Positions 27,001-38,460 of a DNA stretch of 64,000 nt are shown here, one piece after another. The position numbers and the translations under genes are program-made. Numbering within the stretch: the first letter of the stretch is position 1; every line of letters begins with the position of its first letter. Under the pieces are notes generated by a model that saw only the letters and a list, made by a program, of their open reading frames with translations, was not told the DNA's origin and did no database searches. Source of the DNA: Perna viridis. Taxonomy: Eukaryota. Where the stretch lies: assembly GCA_037379345.1 (NCBI GenBank), contig CM074513.1, positions 3,968,001 through 4,032,000 of the forward strand, given 5' to 3'.

Positions 27001-30000
27001 CCACTAGGACGTACAGACCCCAACAACTGTAACTTGATGTACTTATTCGTATCCCTGTTTAAAGATGCTTTAAATGAGTATGCATATGATGCTGAGTTGG
27101 CTGGTTTACATTATGGACTAGAGTGTACTATTTATGGAATGCAGGTAAAACTGATCATGACCAAGTAATCTTACTGTATCATGAATTCCATTGTATCTGT
27201 TCCATGGAGATCTATGATTTTTCAACATTACAGTGAATTTTATTAATTTTTGGTACAATAATTTGTCTTTATGAGAAGATGCTGTCCTTTGTTTTTCATT
27301 GTTATCCATTTTTTCTTTTCTTAGTTTTTGGACCAAAAATAGGTAAAAGGGGGGGGGGCAACATTCTAACAAGTCAATATATTTGCTACGTTGCTAGTTA
27401 TAAGTCTGATCAATGCTCTTACTTTATTTAGGTCAGGTGAATAATTCAGGGTCGTTATATGCTCTCGTTTTTTTTTTCAGCTTTCCATTGGTGGATATAA
27501 TCAAAAACAGAAAGTTTTACTGACGAAAATTCTGGAAAAGATGACAACATTTAAAGTGGATCCCAAGAGATTTGAAATTTTTAAGGAAATGGTATGTTGA
27601 ACTAAATCTAAATGTGTTTGGAGTTAAAAGCTTCATGAAGTGGCAGTGACTGATAGTTTTAATTTGTTCTGAATAAGCATTTCTGTATATGAATTTGTCA
27701 GAACAATTCGAGTGATTGAAATAAAATGTGACTAATTATTGTGTTTCTGGGTTCTGTTGTGCATTAAGGGTTGAAAATTTACAATTTTGCCATTTTTTAA
27801 AGATTCTTTCCATGTCTGAATGAATTTAAAGCCGTCAAATCGGCTGAACATTTTTATTTATGCTGATCAACAATTTGCATATGTAAAGTGACTTGTTTAA
27901 TGAGACATATACTTTAATTCTGTTTGTTATTTTATTGCCTTTACTAATTTTTTCCACATAATTTTAAATGCCACTAAAAGTAGAGCAATCTTACCTCAGC
28001 ACAACCTGCCTGCAATCCTGAGGTCCTTAACATTATAAACCAATGTGCTCAGGGGAGAAAGGTATTCAAGTCTACAAAACTACCGCTTAAATCATATTAA
28101 AATGAAATATTATAAAAGTGTCAATTTTGGAAATACTAGCTTTTGATTTAGTTTGTAAAACCACAGTTCTTTTTTTCAGTACACTAGGGGTTTGAAGAAT
28201 TTCAGTGCAGAACAGCCTCATCAACATGCTATTTATTACACATCAGTCCTAATGTCTGAGTTTATATGGACTAAAGATGAATTACTACAATGTGTTGATG
28301 GTAAGTTAAGTGTTTTATAAAAGACAAAATTGCCATAAATCACTCATTAGGACAGGGAGGCAAGATAAAGGCATAAAATAATTCCTGAAATCCATCACTT
28401 TCATTTTATGTTAGACCCATCAGTGAGTGGTATATTGGAATCACCTTGTCCATTCTTTGTCATTCCGTCCATCTGAATTTCTTCACAATTATCTCAACTC
28501 CAAATGGATGGATTGATTTCTAATTTGGTATGTGGCTTCATATAGATGAGACATATGTTGTAAGCAAATTTGATGTCTAACAACTTTCACATATGTCCAA
28601 CTACATGTCATTGCTTAATACAAAACAGGATTAGCTGCTTGATTCCAGGTCCAAAACTGTAATTTTTTGTAGTTTTTACCTCTTAACTTGGAATTGTATT
28701 CAGGTTTTACCATAGAGATTAACAGTATTGTAAAGAATTGGAAGTGGTACAGTGCAATCAGTATGATTGAACATATTTTAGAGTTGTTTCCCCTTTCCTA
28801 CTAAATAATATAGTTTTCTTCTTCTTGTACCTTTTCTTTGATTTTTCAACAGGCTGTTTATGTCTTTTCAGAATTGACAGTTGAAATGCTTGATGCATTT
28901 ATACCTCAATTGTTGTCCAAGCTGTACATTGAAGGTTTGATATATGGCAATGTCACAAAACAGGTGAGAGTTTAGGCACTAAAATGTTTTGACATATATG
29001 ATATCCTATTCTAAATCACTGTCTGTCTGTCCATTTGTCCACATGGTTTATAATAACTCAAAGTGGATTGGATAGAATTTAATCATGTAAAGGCATGATG
29101 TTTGATTTCATAAAAGTAAGCTTTGTTGAATTTTTATTGTTTTCCAATTTTTACTTCAATGTTATTTGGGGACAAAGGTACTGTAAAGGTATTTATTTTC
29201 ATGTCATAATTTTCACAATTTTTATGTTGGAGAGAAAAGAGCAAAATATAGCATCCACAAAATTAATTTTTAACACTATAAACTGCTTTTCAGTATTGAA
29301 ACCAGGAAGTTTGATACTGACCAATTTTTTTACTTGAAAGAATCTGCGAACATTAATATGTTTACAGCACTGTGTCATGTGCTGATGTGCAGCATTTTAT
29401 TTAAGCAATTTTTGAAAGATTCAAAGGTTTAAGCTAGTTGATTGTTGTGGTTTCATGAATGTTATGTGTTTTAACAGGGTGCCTTAGATATAGTGAACAC
29501 AATGGAGTCAATACTTACAGAGAAATGTAACACCAAGACCCTGCTACCAAGTCAAACAAAGAGGCTTAGAGAATTACAGTTACCTGATGGTAAAGTTTTA
29601 TTTTTAGAATTGTAATGTTTACTTCTTTTTTCTATCATATAATTGGTTTAACTGAACTATTTCAAATGCAATAGTTAGAGATGATTTTTTCCCGCTTTTT
29701 AGCAGAATTCTGCTAATTGAAATAACGGATTTTACTGTGACAATTCTTTTTTTTTTACTGTTGATTTATTTCTGATTTTACCAATTTCCACTTTGTTTGA
29801 CGATCTCGTAAAATCATCCCTGAATATTAACCATTCTTTTGTAAATTTGAGTTGAGAAGACAAAGCACATTATTGGCATTTTTCTCCATTCAGACCAATG
29901 TATCTGAGTGGGGTGGCATGATTACCTGTGGGATGTTGCTTCTGTGAGCTAGCACATTAAATATCCAGCTCAGCATGTCAGACAAGTACAAAGCAGGGTC

Positions 30001-33000
30001 TGGTCTATAGTAAAATCTTTTTGGTCCTATAGAATGCATGAAATATCTGCCATAAAATGTTTAACACAATCAATTGATCAATCAATCAGTCCATTCAGTA
30101 TATGAAGCTGAAAACCAAATGGATTGACTAAATGGAAGAAATAGATAATAACACAAATTTAAATTGAATAACTTGCAGTGTTTAGATTTATTTTTAGATG
30201 TCAGTATTTTAATCCATGTTCTGTTGTACTTTACTCTGTAATCTTATAAATCAGTAGATGTAAATCAGGGGCAACATGTTGTTTTTGTTAGTTTGTGTCT
30301 CAGCCAATTGTCTTAGAGAAGTTAACAGTAATTGAGTATTCAACTTAGACCTGAGGTTGAGCTTCTCAAGTATTAGAATTTCAAAATGATAGGGGTCATG
30401 GAAACAGAAGAGTTTATAATCATGATTATCTAGGATATATTATACTATCGTAATAATAATAATAATAATAATAATACTTTATTTCAATAGTAATACTTTA
30501 TTACTTTATTTATTTTATAAATGTTAGAAACTTCAAGATTGGTATAGTGGTAGGTTCAAGTAGGCCTATAAAATATTACCGAGAAAGTGTCATTGTTCAT
30601 GGGGTACTAATTTTCATGGTTTCGTGGGTTTGGTAAACCATGTAATAAAGTTCCCACCAAAAACAAAATCACCCATTCATGTGTATGATGGAGTTGTCAG
30701 ATCCACGTATTCAAGGATCTACGAACTGTCAATTTTCCCCTGAACCGCAAAAAATTGGTACCTTCACAGTATGCAAAATATTAAATCTGAAGGATATTGT
30801 CAGGGTTTATAACAGCTATTGCTTTTAATTACATATCTAGTTGATTTTCTAGTTATTATTATTATTATTAAATCATTTGTGAACCTATAAATCTGCATTT
30901 ATTTAGTATGATTATCTGCTTTTTTAGGTTCTTCTTTTGTATACCATGAGAAAAATCATGTACACAAGAGTTCTAGCATTGAGATTTATTACCAGTGTGG
31001 CCTTCAGGAAACTGTGGCTAATATGCTGCTTGAAATGTTTGTACAGATAATAGCTGAACCATGCTTTGATATTCTCAGGACAAAAGAACAGCTGGGTAAG
31101 TTTAGTAGAGAATATCTCATTTTGTTAGAAATGGTTTTATACATGAATGTGTAGCACTACTTAAATTATGAATAAAGGTGAAGCATAAATTTGGAAAATT
31201 ATTGCATTGTTTTTTAATATTATGAGAATATGATTTGTTTGTAATACCGGTAATTTAAATTCAAAATATGACTGAACTGTTTTTTCTCCCTACCCTCTAA
31301 GCTATAAATGCATTTTCTCATAAAATGACAAATTCACAATAGTTAATGTACTTTACCCCTGGTGGTCTAGTGGTAGTGTGTTTGCCTGAAGTGCTAGAGA
31401 GTGTGGATTCATTGTTCAGCTGGGTCATTCAAAGGACTTTAAAATTGGTAGTCATTGCTAGTCGACCAAGCACACAGCAATCAGAATAATGTGCCATAGT
31501 AGGACAAAGCTGCTTCCAATTTCAAAACTTTTGTGATGATCAAACATTGATCCCAAGACTTCTTCTACTCATAGAATAGTAAGTGGGGCTTTTGAAGACA
31601 AGTAAAACACACACGAATAAAAATGTACATACAGTCAAACCTGCCTTAGTATCCACTTGTATTCAGCATCAACCTGTGTTAAGAGACTTTGCTTAAAATA
31701 TCTCTATGTAGTGCATTCCATGCAAATTAACCTGTATATTACAACCACCTGTATATGACTATGATTTTGTTCTCCATTGGAAGGTGGTTTAAGACTGTTT
31801 TGTTTGAAGAATTTTTTGAGCAATTGAATTAAACATATTTTTTATACAGGATACATTGTGTTTAGTGGTGTGAGGAGATCAAATGGAGTCCAAGGTCTGA
31901 GGGTTATAATACAATCTGACAGATCCCCTGACTATGTAGAGAGAAGAGTAGAGGCATTCCTAAATAGTATGGATGTAAGTCTAATTATGTAGGCATCAGT
32001 TACCATGTTATTGATTCATACATATACAGGTGTTTTTTCTTTGGTGTAGTTTCAGACTTAAGCTTCTCATTGAAAGACAAGAAGAAAGGAACTAGTAAAT
32101 ATTTTGTCGGTTACTTTTGGTAGCATTAATAAGGCCAAGGTTTGATGAATGAAATGTATTGAAAAGGAGGTTGTTTAGTTTCATTGCTTTAAAAATTGAG
32201 TCCTGTTGTAGGATGAAATGAAAAGATAAAAAAACACATGCATGATAAAGGGGAGGTAATAGTAGTTTACACATTGAGAAGTCTATAATATGATGTGCTT
32301 CACTTGTTTTTTTTTGTTTTTTTTTGCATGTGTAAGTTCAAGATCAGAGTTTATTTTTCTGACGAGTGTTTGTTGTTGTTCATTTTTAGACTATGAATAT
32401 GGTTTATATATTTTTATGGGCAAATTATTTTAAGGGGTTTTCCTTAAATTTTTCTTTTATGTCGTATGGATTTCTAAATTATGTCTTGTTGCATTGTACA
32501 GGGTTATTTGAAAGAAATGGAAGAAGAAGCATTCCAAAAACATTTAAAAGCCTTGGTTACAAAACGTATGGAGAAACCAAAGAAAATCTCTGGTCAAAAC
32601 AGTAGATACTGGTCTGAAATACTTTCACAACAGTATAACTTTGATAGAGGTAAGCATATTTTTATCTTTCATACTTCTACCTTTAGAAGGTGTTTTATAA
32701 AATATTATTGTTGCCTCTGTCCATCCATTTGACTGTCCATATGCTATCCATCCCAACCTTAAAGAAAACAATTGTTTGTATGGATTTGCTATTATTATAT
32801 AGATAAAAAGGATAGACGACCGGTTTACTCAGAAGTAGCATAATGTATTCTGGTATGGTGATATACCAATTGGTATGTTGGGTTTCTGTGAATAAGCAAA
32901 TTGAAAATATAACCTGTTGTTGTGACAGATTTAGCCTGTTGTTGTGACAACAAAAATGATATAAAAAATGACTACATGTTTTGGTAGAATGTTCGTCTTG

Positions 33001-34626
33001 ACAGGAGGAATCTCCATTTGTTTCTATTATCTTTTTACTTTTTGTTTTAGAATTATTGAATTTCCAAAAGCCAGATGTGCATTTCCAGTGCTAAAGCTCA
33101 GACAGCTGTTTATTTTTATTTTTCTCTGCCAAAAAACTGTGGACCATATTTATTTTTAATTTGTGTTCAAATGGAATGATTAGAAAAAAAACCAGAAATG
33201 ATTGTGATATATATTATGCAACAGAGATGTCGGAAAAAATTGGAACTTGTGTTATAAAATTGTTAACATTTATTCATTCATTCATTCATTCTTTGAATTC
33301 CAATATTATATACTTGAGGTGTATGTAATATAAAAGGGTTGTTCATTATCATGCTCATCTTTGTGGTGCCCAACTATGATATACAAACATACTTTGTTTT
33401 TTACAGAAAATGTGGAAGTTGAGTATCTTAAAACTTTGAAGAAAGATGATGTATACAAGTTCTTTAAGGTAATGTATTGTAGCTGGGAAGACAAACATAG
33501 ATGTTTGAATTGAAAAGGCACTTTTATTTTCAATTGTTTCTCTTTTGAGCCAAATAATTTTTTAAATTATAGAAAAAATATCTCAAAATCATTCTTGACC
33601 AATATGATAGTGTGAAATAAAAAATTTTGGGGGAAATTTTATGAAACCTGACATTAATGGTCTTGATGTCAAAAAGACAATGTAATTTAAAATTGTATAA
33701 TGTCAACAATCTTCATTTGAAAGAGGATTCAGTACAAAAACACCAGGAAAGTGTTGTATTTTTTGCAATGGTTGACACAAGTATAATTAATGTCTGTTGG
33801 TTTCTTTTTCAGCAAGGCAATTTACACAAAATCAATATTTTCTGTTACAATTTTTTTCAGGATAGAATAGCTGCTGATGGTCCTTGTAGGAAGAAATTTT
33901 CTATTCATATTGTTTCTGATGTTAATGGCACTAGTCCTGATAGCCAAAGCTCAGAGAATCAAACTGAGACTGCTCTAAATGGTGATAATCTTCTGCCAAC
34001 ACCTGATTTACCCCCTGTAAGTACTTATAACTTAGCATTCAATTCACCAATATCATTGTACTTTATTCTTGATGCATGGAACACTATCCCCTCATACATG
34101 TTTGATTTTTGCTATTAAGTTGCTTCATAGGTCTATATGATGAAATGTATAATTATTCATTCATATCTGTCTGCTCTTAGGAGATAATCCACATTGAAAA
34201 TTCAATAGTTTCAATTGTATTTCAGTGTCATTTACAGAGTTATCTCCCTTAATTTTGAATTATACAGTGCATACTGTGTAATTTATATCTCATAAGTGCA
34301 AGGCTTATATTAAAAGCCACATGTAACTTTCTGTTTACTATAACATTTTAAACAAAATATCAAAAATAAAAAAATGTAGGGTTTCCAACCATGAATCGCA
34401 AAATTTTTATCTAGAGTGCTACTTAAGAACCAAATTTCTAAAAAGTATTATGTCGTATCATTGATTTGAAACTCATGTTAAAAATCTGAAAAAAATGCTT
34501 AACTAATTTCTTTTTAATTTTTAGCCTGTTGCTGTGACAAGTGTATCAGAGTTCAAGAGAGATATGGGACTTTATCCACTGCCTAGACCATTTATAGACT
34601 TACAGAAAGCTAGATCTAAATTGTGA
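12048..34626 (+). CDS. IDE: Insulin-degrading enzyme (insulysin, M16A zinc metallopeptidase), 27 coding exons, ~987 aa
   Basis: GT-AG exons in consistent phase: 12048-12213, 12643-12719, 13112-13138, 13546-13649, 14543-14712, 15640-15762, 16239-16351, 17018-17107, 17655-17727, 17956-18048, 18749-18840, 19861-19941, 21735-21838, 24384-24486, 24845-24943, 25813-25919, 27000-27144, 27481-27591, 28180-28300, 28872-28963, 29478-29589, 30928-31095, 31850-31974, 32502-32649, 33407-33468, 33861-34016, 34525-34626 (sum 2964 nt). Motifs: [14 protein letters not shown] (inverted HxxEH zinc site), [27 protein letters not shown]; ends ARSKL*. An upstream exon near 10640-10804 is possible. Confidence 0.96.
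15775..15948. mobile_element. Tc1/mariner-type MITE remnant
   Basis: Inverted ends GTGAAACCTGTCTAAAC / GTTTAGACAGGTTTTACTGTA with internal CCTGTCTAAA repeats. Related remnants at ~11335-11515 and ~31630-31800. Confidence 0.6.
18264..18475. mobile_element. Non-autonomous TIR element with TTAA target-site duplication (Kolobok-like MITE)
   Basis: TTAA|GGAGGTAGACCTAAGGTAATGGACACAACTCATA ... TATGAGTTATGTCCCTTACCCTTGGTCTACCTCC|TTAA: ~35-bp imperfect TIRs and RR..YY termini. Confidence 0.8.
18895..19360. repeat. 35-bp minisatellite (~13 copies) in an IDE intron
   Basis: Unit CAAATGTCAAGGTTACTACTGATCCTACTGTCACT; e.g. units start at 18961 and 18996. Confidence 0.92.
20277..21012 (+). mobile_element. 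Second, more decayed 5'-truncated copy of the Penelope-like retrotransposon
   Basis: Colinear with 7372-8133 (YIDD region through the 3' tail), with a ~23-nt internal deletion, an in-frame stop and indels. Confidence 0.88.
22500..23400 (+). mobile_element. Helentron-associated non-autonomous element (HINE/DINE-like) carrying ~158-bp internal tandem repeats
   Basis: T-run start TTTTTATACGCCTGTC, short hairpin, (GTCC/GTCT)-type microsatellite at ~22575-22600, repeats with ATGAAACTTT at 22641, 22798 and 22957, and subterminal complement GATGGGCGTATCA near 23360. Confidence 0.7.
25360..25523. mobile_element. Short palindromic MITE
   Basis: GAAACTTATTCCTACTAAATGGGTTGGTCATGC ... GCATGACTAACCCCCTTAGTAAGGGTTAGTTTC are imperfect inverted repeats. 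Confidence 0.55.
26439..27050 (+). repeat. 62-bp tandem array made of the IDE splice acceptor plus exon start (~9-10 copies); the last copy is the real coding exon
   Basis: TTTCAG acceptors end at 26564, 26626, 26688, 26750, 26812, 26874, 26936 and 26999. Unit CCTTATCATTTCAG|CCCACTAGGTCACACAGACCCCAACAACTGTAACTTGATGTACCTATT. Confidence 0.95.
29890..30088 (+). mobile_element. Decayed SINE 3' half
   Basis: Body GTATCTGAGTGGGGTGGCATG..GTGAGCTAGCACATTAAA and tail TGAAATATCTGCC..TTTAACACAATCAAT..(CAAT)n, typical of molluscan SINE ends. Confidence 0.55.
31355..31500 (+). mobile_element. Decayed tRNA-derived SINE head
   Basis: Box A-like GGTGGTCTAGTGGTAG, degenerate box B, then GGTCATTCAAAGGACTTTAAAATTGGTAG. 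A similar head remnant lies at ~18070-18125. Confidence 0.55.
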
Positions 34627-34834
34627 TGTTAACTCTATTTTTATGAAAGAAAAATTTTCTGATGTAATATAATTCTTGATTTTATAAAGCACAATGAATA
34701 CTAACATGAAATCAGAAAAATCTGTTTGATTATGAAGTTTAAAATATGGAAGTCTTCTTCAATTGTTTCCGCTGGAGACTTTTTATTATTAGAATACTAA
34801 AAAATGATTTTTGACAGAGTTATATGTATTTGCC

Positions 34835-34840
34835 AATAAA
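34835..34840 (+). terminator. Candidate IDE polyadenylation signal AATAAA (a second one lies near 35002)
   Basis: AATAAA ~210 nt after the stop codon. The second is followed by GT/T-rich sequence. Confidence 0.45.
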
Positions 34841-35295
34841 ATTGTCATTTTATTGAAATTATAATTAATAATTTCTTGGTTCTTAAGGTACAAATAGTCA
34901 AATTAATTTTAAGTTTCACCCACTGTCTGACTCTTACAGAAACTGACACATAAACAAAAATGTTTATGTACCATGATACCTAATTATTTTAAAGATTGTA
35001 AATAAAAATAAATTTCTGATACAACAAGTAGATTATGTGTGTTTTGTCTTCTTTGTAAGTTTTCTTACTCATGATGCTTCTTTTTTTGCTTGTTCAGCTG
35101 CCAGAAAGGAAAGTGAGGTTTTATATGGGCATTTACTTATTTTGTATAACAGGATACCTCACATAAATGGAACTTTATCATTTTGATTTGAGCTTTGCAA
35201 ATATCTTTTTGAGAACTTTTGTTATCAACCATCTAATCAGAGTGTGTAATTGCCTTACAATGCATTTTCAACCATTTTATTATGTTGTTGTTTGT

Positions 35296-35683
35296 ACAGG
35301 GCTGTTCCTGTAAAACATATACTCTACTGGGGGAAGACACTTTTTTGCCTGGTGACTCACCCAAAAAGTAATTATAATTTTCTGTCAAAGTACTTTTATT
35401 TGTAGAGATCTATTTTCGTGGATTGCAGACAAATTGTTTGGTCATGGATTCTTAAATTTGTGGTTTAACAATTCCCACAATACAAATAAAAAAAAAATAT
35501 GTACTTTGTTGGGAATTTAATTTCATGGTTTGAGTCAACCACGAAATCCACAAAATTTGGCACCCCACAAATATAAGTACTTTCACAGTATATGTATTGT
35601 CAAGGTTTTTGACAACATTCCATTTGTGAATTAATAAAAGTGCTTTTCCCCACATCATCTATGTTTTACTGGAACAGACCTAA
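35296..35683. mobile_element. MITE containing a nested second MITE (~35385-35591)
   Basis: Outer ends AGGGCTGTTCCTGTAAAACATA / TATGTTTTACTGGAACAGACCT (related end at ~15140-15190). Inner element AAAGTACTTTTATTTGT..TTTTCGTGGATT / ACCACGAAATCCACAAAAT..AAGTACTTTCACAGTA. Confidence 0.6.
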
Positions 35684-35732
35684 GGAGAATAAATTATACC
35701 AGTACATGTTGTCTCTTGGGTAGAACTTAGTA

Positions 35733-35971
35733 CACAGGCAAATGTGCCACACATGGGAATCATATGGTTTGCACCATATGATTATCATATAAATTGAGCA
35801 CCATGATAATCATATGATTCACTTGACATATGATAATCATATGCTTTCACAAACATATAATTGTCATGTTTTCAACCCAAAATTAACATGATTATCACAT
35901 GACTATCATATGTTCGATATGATTTTTATGTGATTACCATATGATTATCATATATAGCACATTTGGCTGTG
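35733..35971. mobile_element. TA-flanked MITE with internal CATATGAT palindromic repeats
   Basis: TA|CACAGGCAAATGTGC ... GCACATTTGGCTGTG|TA. Confidence 0.7.
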
Positions 35972-36954
35972 TATGATTATTAGTGAAAGGAGCTTCAAAT
36001 TTGTTTTTTCTCTTGTTTCTGTTGTCAATGAGAATTGATTGTTACAGATTTTATCATGGCTTCATCTTACTGCTTATATTATTACCTCTGTTAATACCCT
36101 CTAACATATATTTGTCAAGAAGGAAGACCCATTCACTTAGAAAATTATATAGGTGCTAACCATTGAAAATTGTTAATGCTGGTGATCTCCCTCTAAATTT
36201 TCTCAAAGCCGGAGATTCATAAAGGTTTTGTTTTCATGACATGTTTTATAATGTATTAGCAACAGACCATTTTTTAACTTTAAATCCAATTTCATTGACA
36301 TGGACATATAAGCCGGAGATCTGATCATTGAATTTTTTTCAGGAAATATAGGTAGGCTGCCCTAGAATCTGGAGACTCAACACCTATGAAATTAATTTTT
36401 GTGATTGCCATTATATATTTACTTGGTATTGAACTGTTTCTTGAATCAGTCATTAACAAAAAAAAAAAGAATTCTGGTGCCTTGCATTCAATAATATACT
36501 GAACAACTTGTTTGCTGAATTTTATAAGTGGCACTGTTTTTTTTTAATCTGGTAGGCATATCTTATTATATAGATTAGAACATATAACTTTGCTCAAGTG
36601 AAACTCAGGTACACCCACAATATGTACATTTCCTTAATAAAACAATAGATTTTTTTAAGTAACAATTTCAGTGTTTTTACCTAAAGAAAATTTAACCTTG
36701 GCAATCTCTTTGTAATAAGACCACTAAACATTTCCTTACATTTTTGTTCTATTTAGTTTACTTTTAATAGTACAATGATAAAGGTAATTTCTTCCTTAAT
36801 TATGCTGTTGGATTTATTATAGTTGTTAGTGATGTCTTTTATCAAGAGATTATTTGACATGAAAAATAAAATGATCACTTCACAGGCTTCTGTTTTTATT
36901 CTATACTTACAAGTTACAGTTGACATAGAAATATGTGTTTGCTACTGGTATTAT

Positions 36955-38460
36955 GGAATTGTTACTGACAAGAGTAGGTCAGGTTGCCATGGTTATTACC
37001 ATAGAACTGTAACTGACAGCAAGAGTAGGTAAGGTTAGCATGGTTATTACATGAGACATAGAATGCAGATCAGTATCGACAGCAGGAATAAATCATGTTG
37101 TCATGGTTATTACCAGTGATCTGTTACTGACAGCAGAAATAGGTCAATTTGTCATGGTAATTGTCAGATATGTTACTTACTACAGGTATAAGGTTGTCAT
37201 AGATCTGTTACTGACAGCAGAAGTAGGTCAAGTTGTCATGGTAATTGTCAGATATGTTACTTACTACAGGTATAAGGTTGTCATGGTTATTGTCAGAGAT
37301 CTGTTACTGACAGCAGAAGTAGGTCAAGTTGCCATGGTTACTGCCAGAGATCTGACAGCAGGAGTAGGTCAGGTTGTCCTGGTTACTAGTAGAGATCTGT
37401 TAGACAGCTGAAGCAGTTCAAGTTGTCATAGTAATGGTCAGAGAACTGACAGCAGGACTAAGTCAGGTTGTCATGGTTATTACCAGAGATTTAGAACACG
37501 GATCTGTTACTGACAGCAGGACTAAGTCCGGTTGTCATGGTTATTACCAGAGATTTAGAACACAGATCTGTTACTGACAGCAGGAGTAAGACAGGTTGTC
37601 ATGGTTATTACCAGAGATTCAGAACAGATCTGTTTCTGACAGCAGGAGTAAGACAGGTTGTCATGGTTATTACCAGAGTTTCAGCACAGATCTGTTACTG
37701 ACAGCAGGAGTAAGACAGGTTGTCATGGTTATTACCAGAGATTTAGACAACAGATCTGTTACTGACAGCAGTAGCAAGACAGGTTGACATGGATATTACC
37801 AGAGATTTAGAACACAGACCTGTAACTGACAGCAGGAATAAGACAGGTTGTCATGGTTATTACCAGAGATTTAGAATACAGATCTGTTACTGACAGCAGG
37901 AGTAAGACAGGGTGTCATGGTTATTACCAGAGATTTAGAACACAGATCTGTTACTGACAGCAGGACTAAGTCAGATTGTCATGGTTATTACCAGAGATTT
38001 AGAATACAGATCTGTTACTGACAGTAGGACTAAGTCAGGTTGTCATGGTTATTACCAGAGATTTAGAACACAGATCTGTTACTGACAGCAGGAGTAAGTC
38101 AGGTTGTCATGGTTATTACCAAAGATTTAAAATACAGATCTGTATTGAAAGGACAGCAGGACTAAGTCAGATTGTCATGGTTATTACCAGAGATTTAGAA
38201 TACAGATCTGTTACTGACAGTAGGACTAAGTCAGGTTGTCATGGTTATTACCAGAGATTTAGAACACAGATCTGTTACTGACAGCAGGAGTAAGTCAGGT
38301 TGTCATGGTTATTACCAGAGATTTAGAATACAGATCTGTTACTGACAGCAGGAGCAAGACAGGTTGACATGGATATTACCAGAGATTTAGAATACAGATC
38401 TGTTACTGACAGCAGGAGTAAGACAGGGTGTCACGGTTATTACCAGTGGTTTAGAATATG
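36955..38460. repeat. Minisatellite between the convergent 3' ends of IDE and TCERG1: ~16 copies of a 64-bp unit preceded by shorter variant units
   Basis: Unit AGAGATTTAGAACACAGATCTGTTACTGACAGCAGGAGTAAGTCAGGTTGTCATGGTTATTACC (e.g. 37801 to 37865). Confidence 0.95.

Noticed and set aside
31355-31420. tRNA gene
   Set aside because: No cloverleaf, degenerate box B, and it continues into SINE body sequence.
37103-38281. ORFs 37103-37411, 37596-37787, 38045-38281 (and 18999-19262)
   Set aside because: Translations of minisatellite units; unit lengths of 64 and 35 bp are not multiples of 3.
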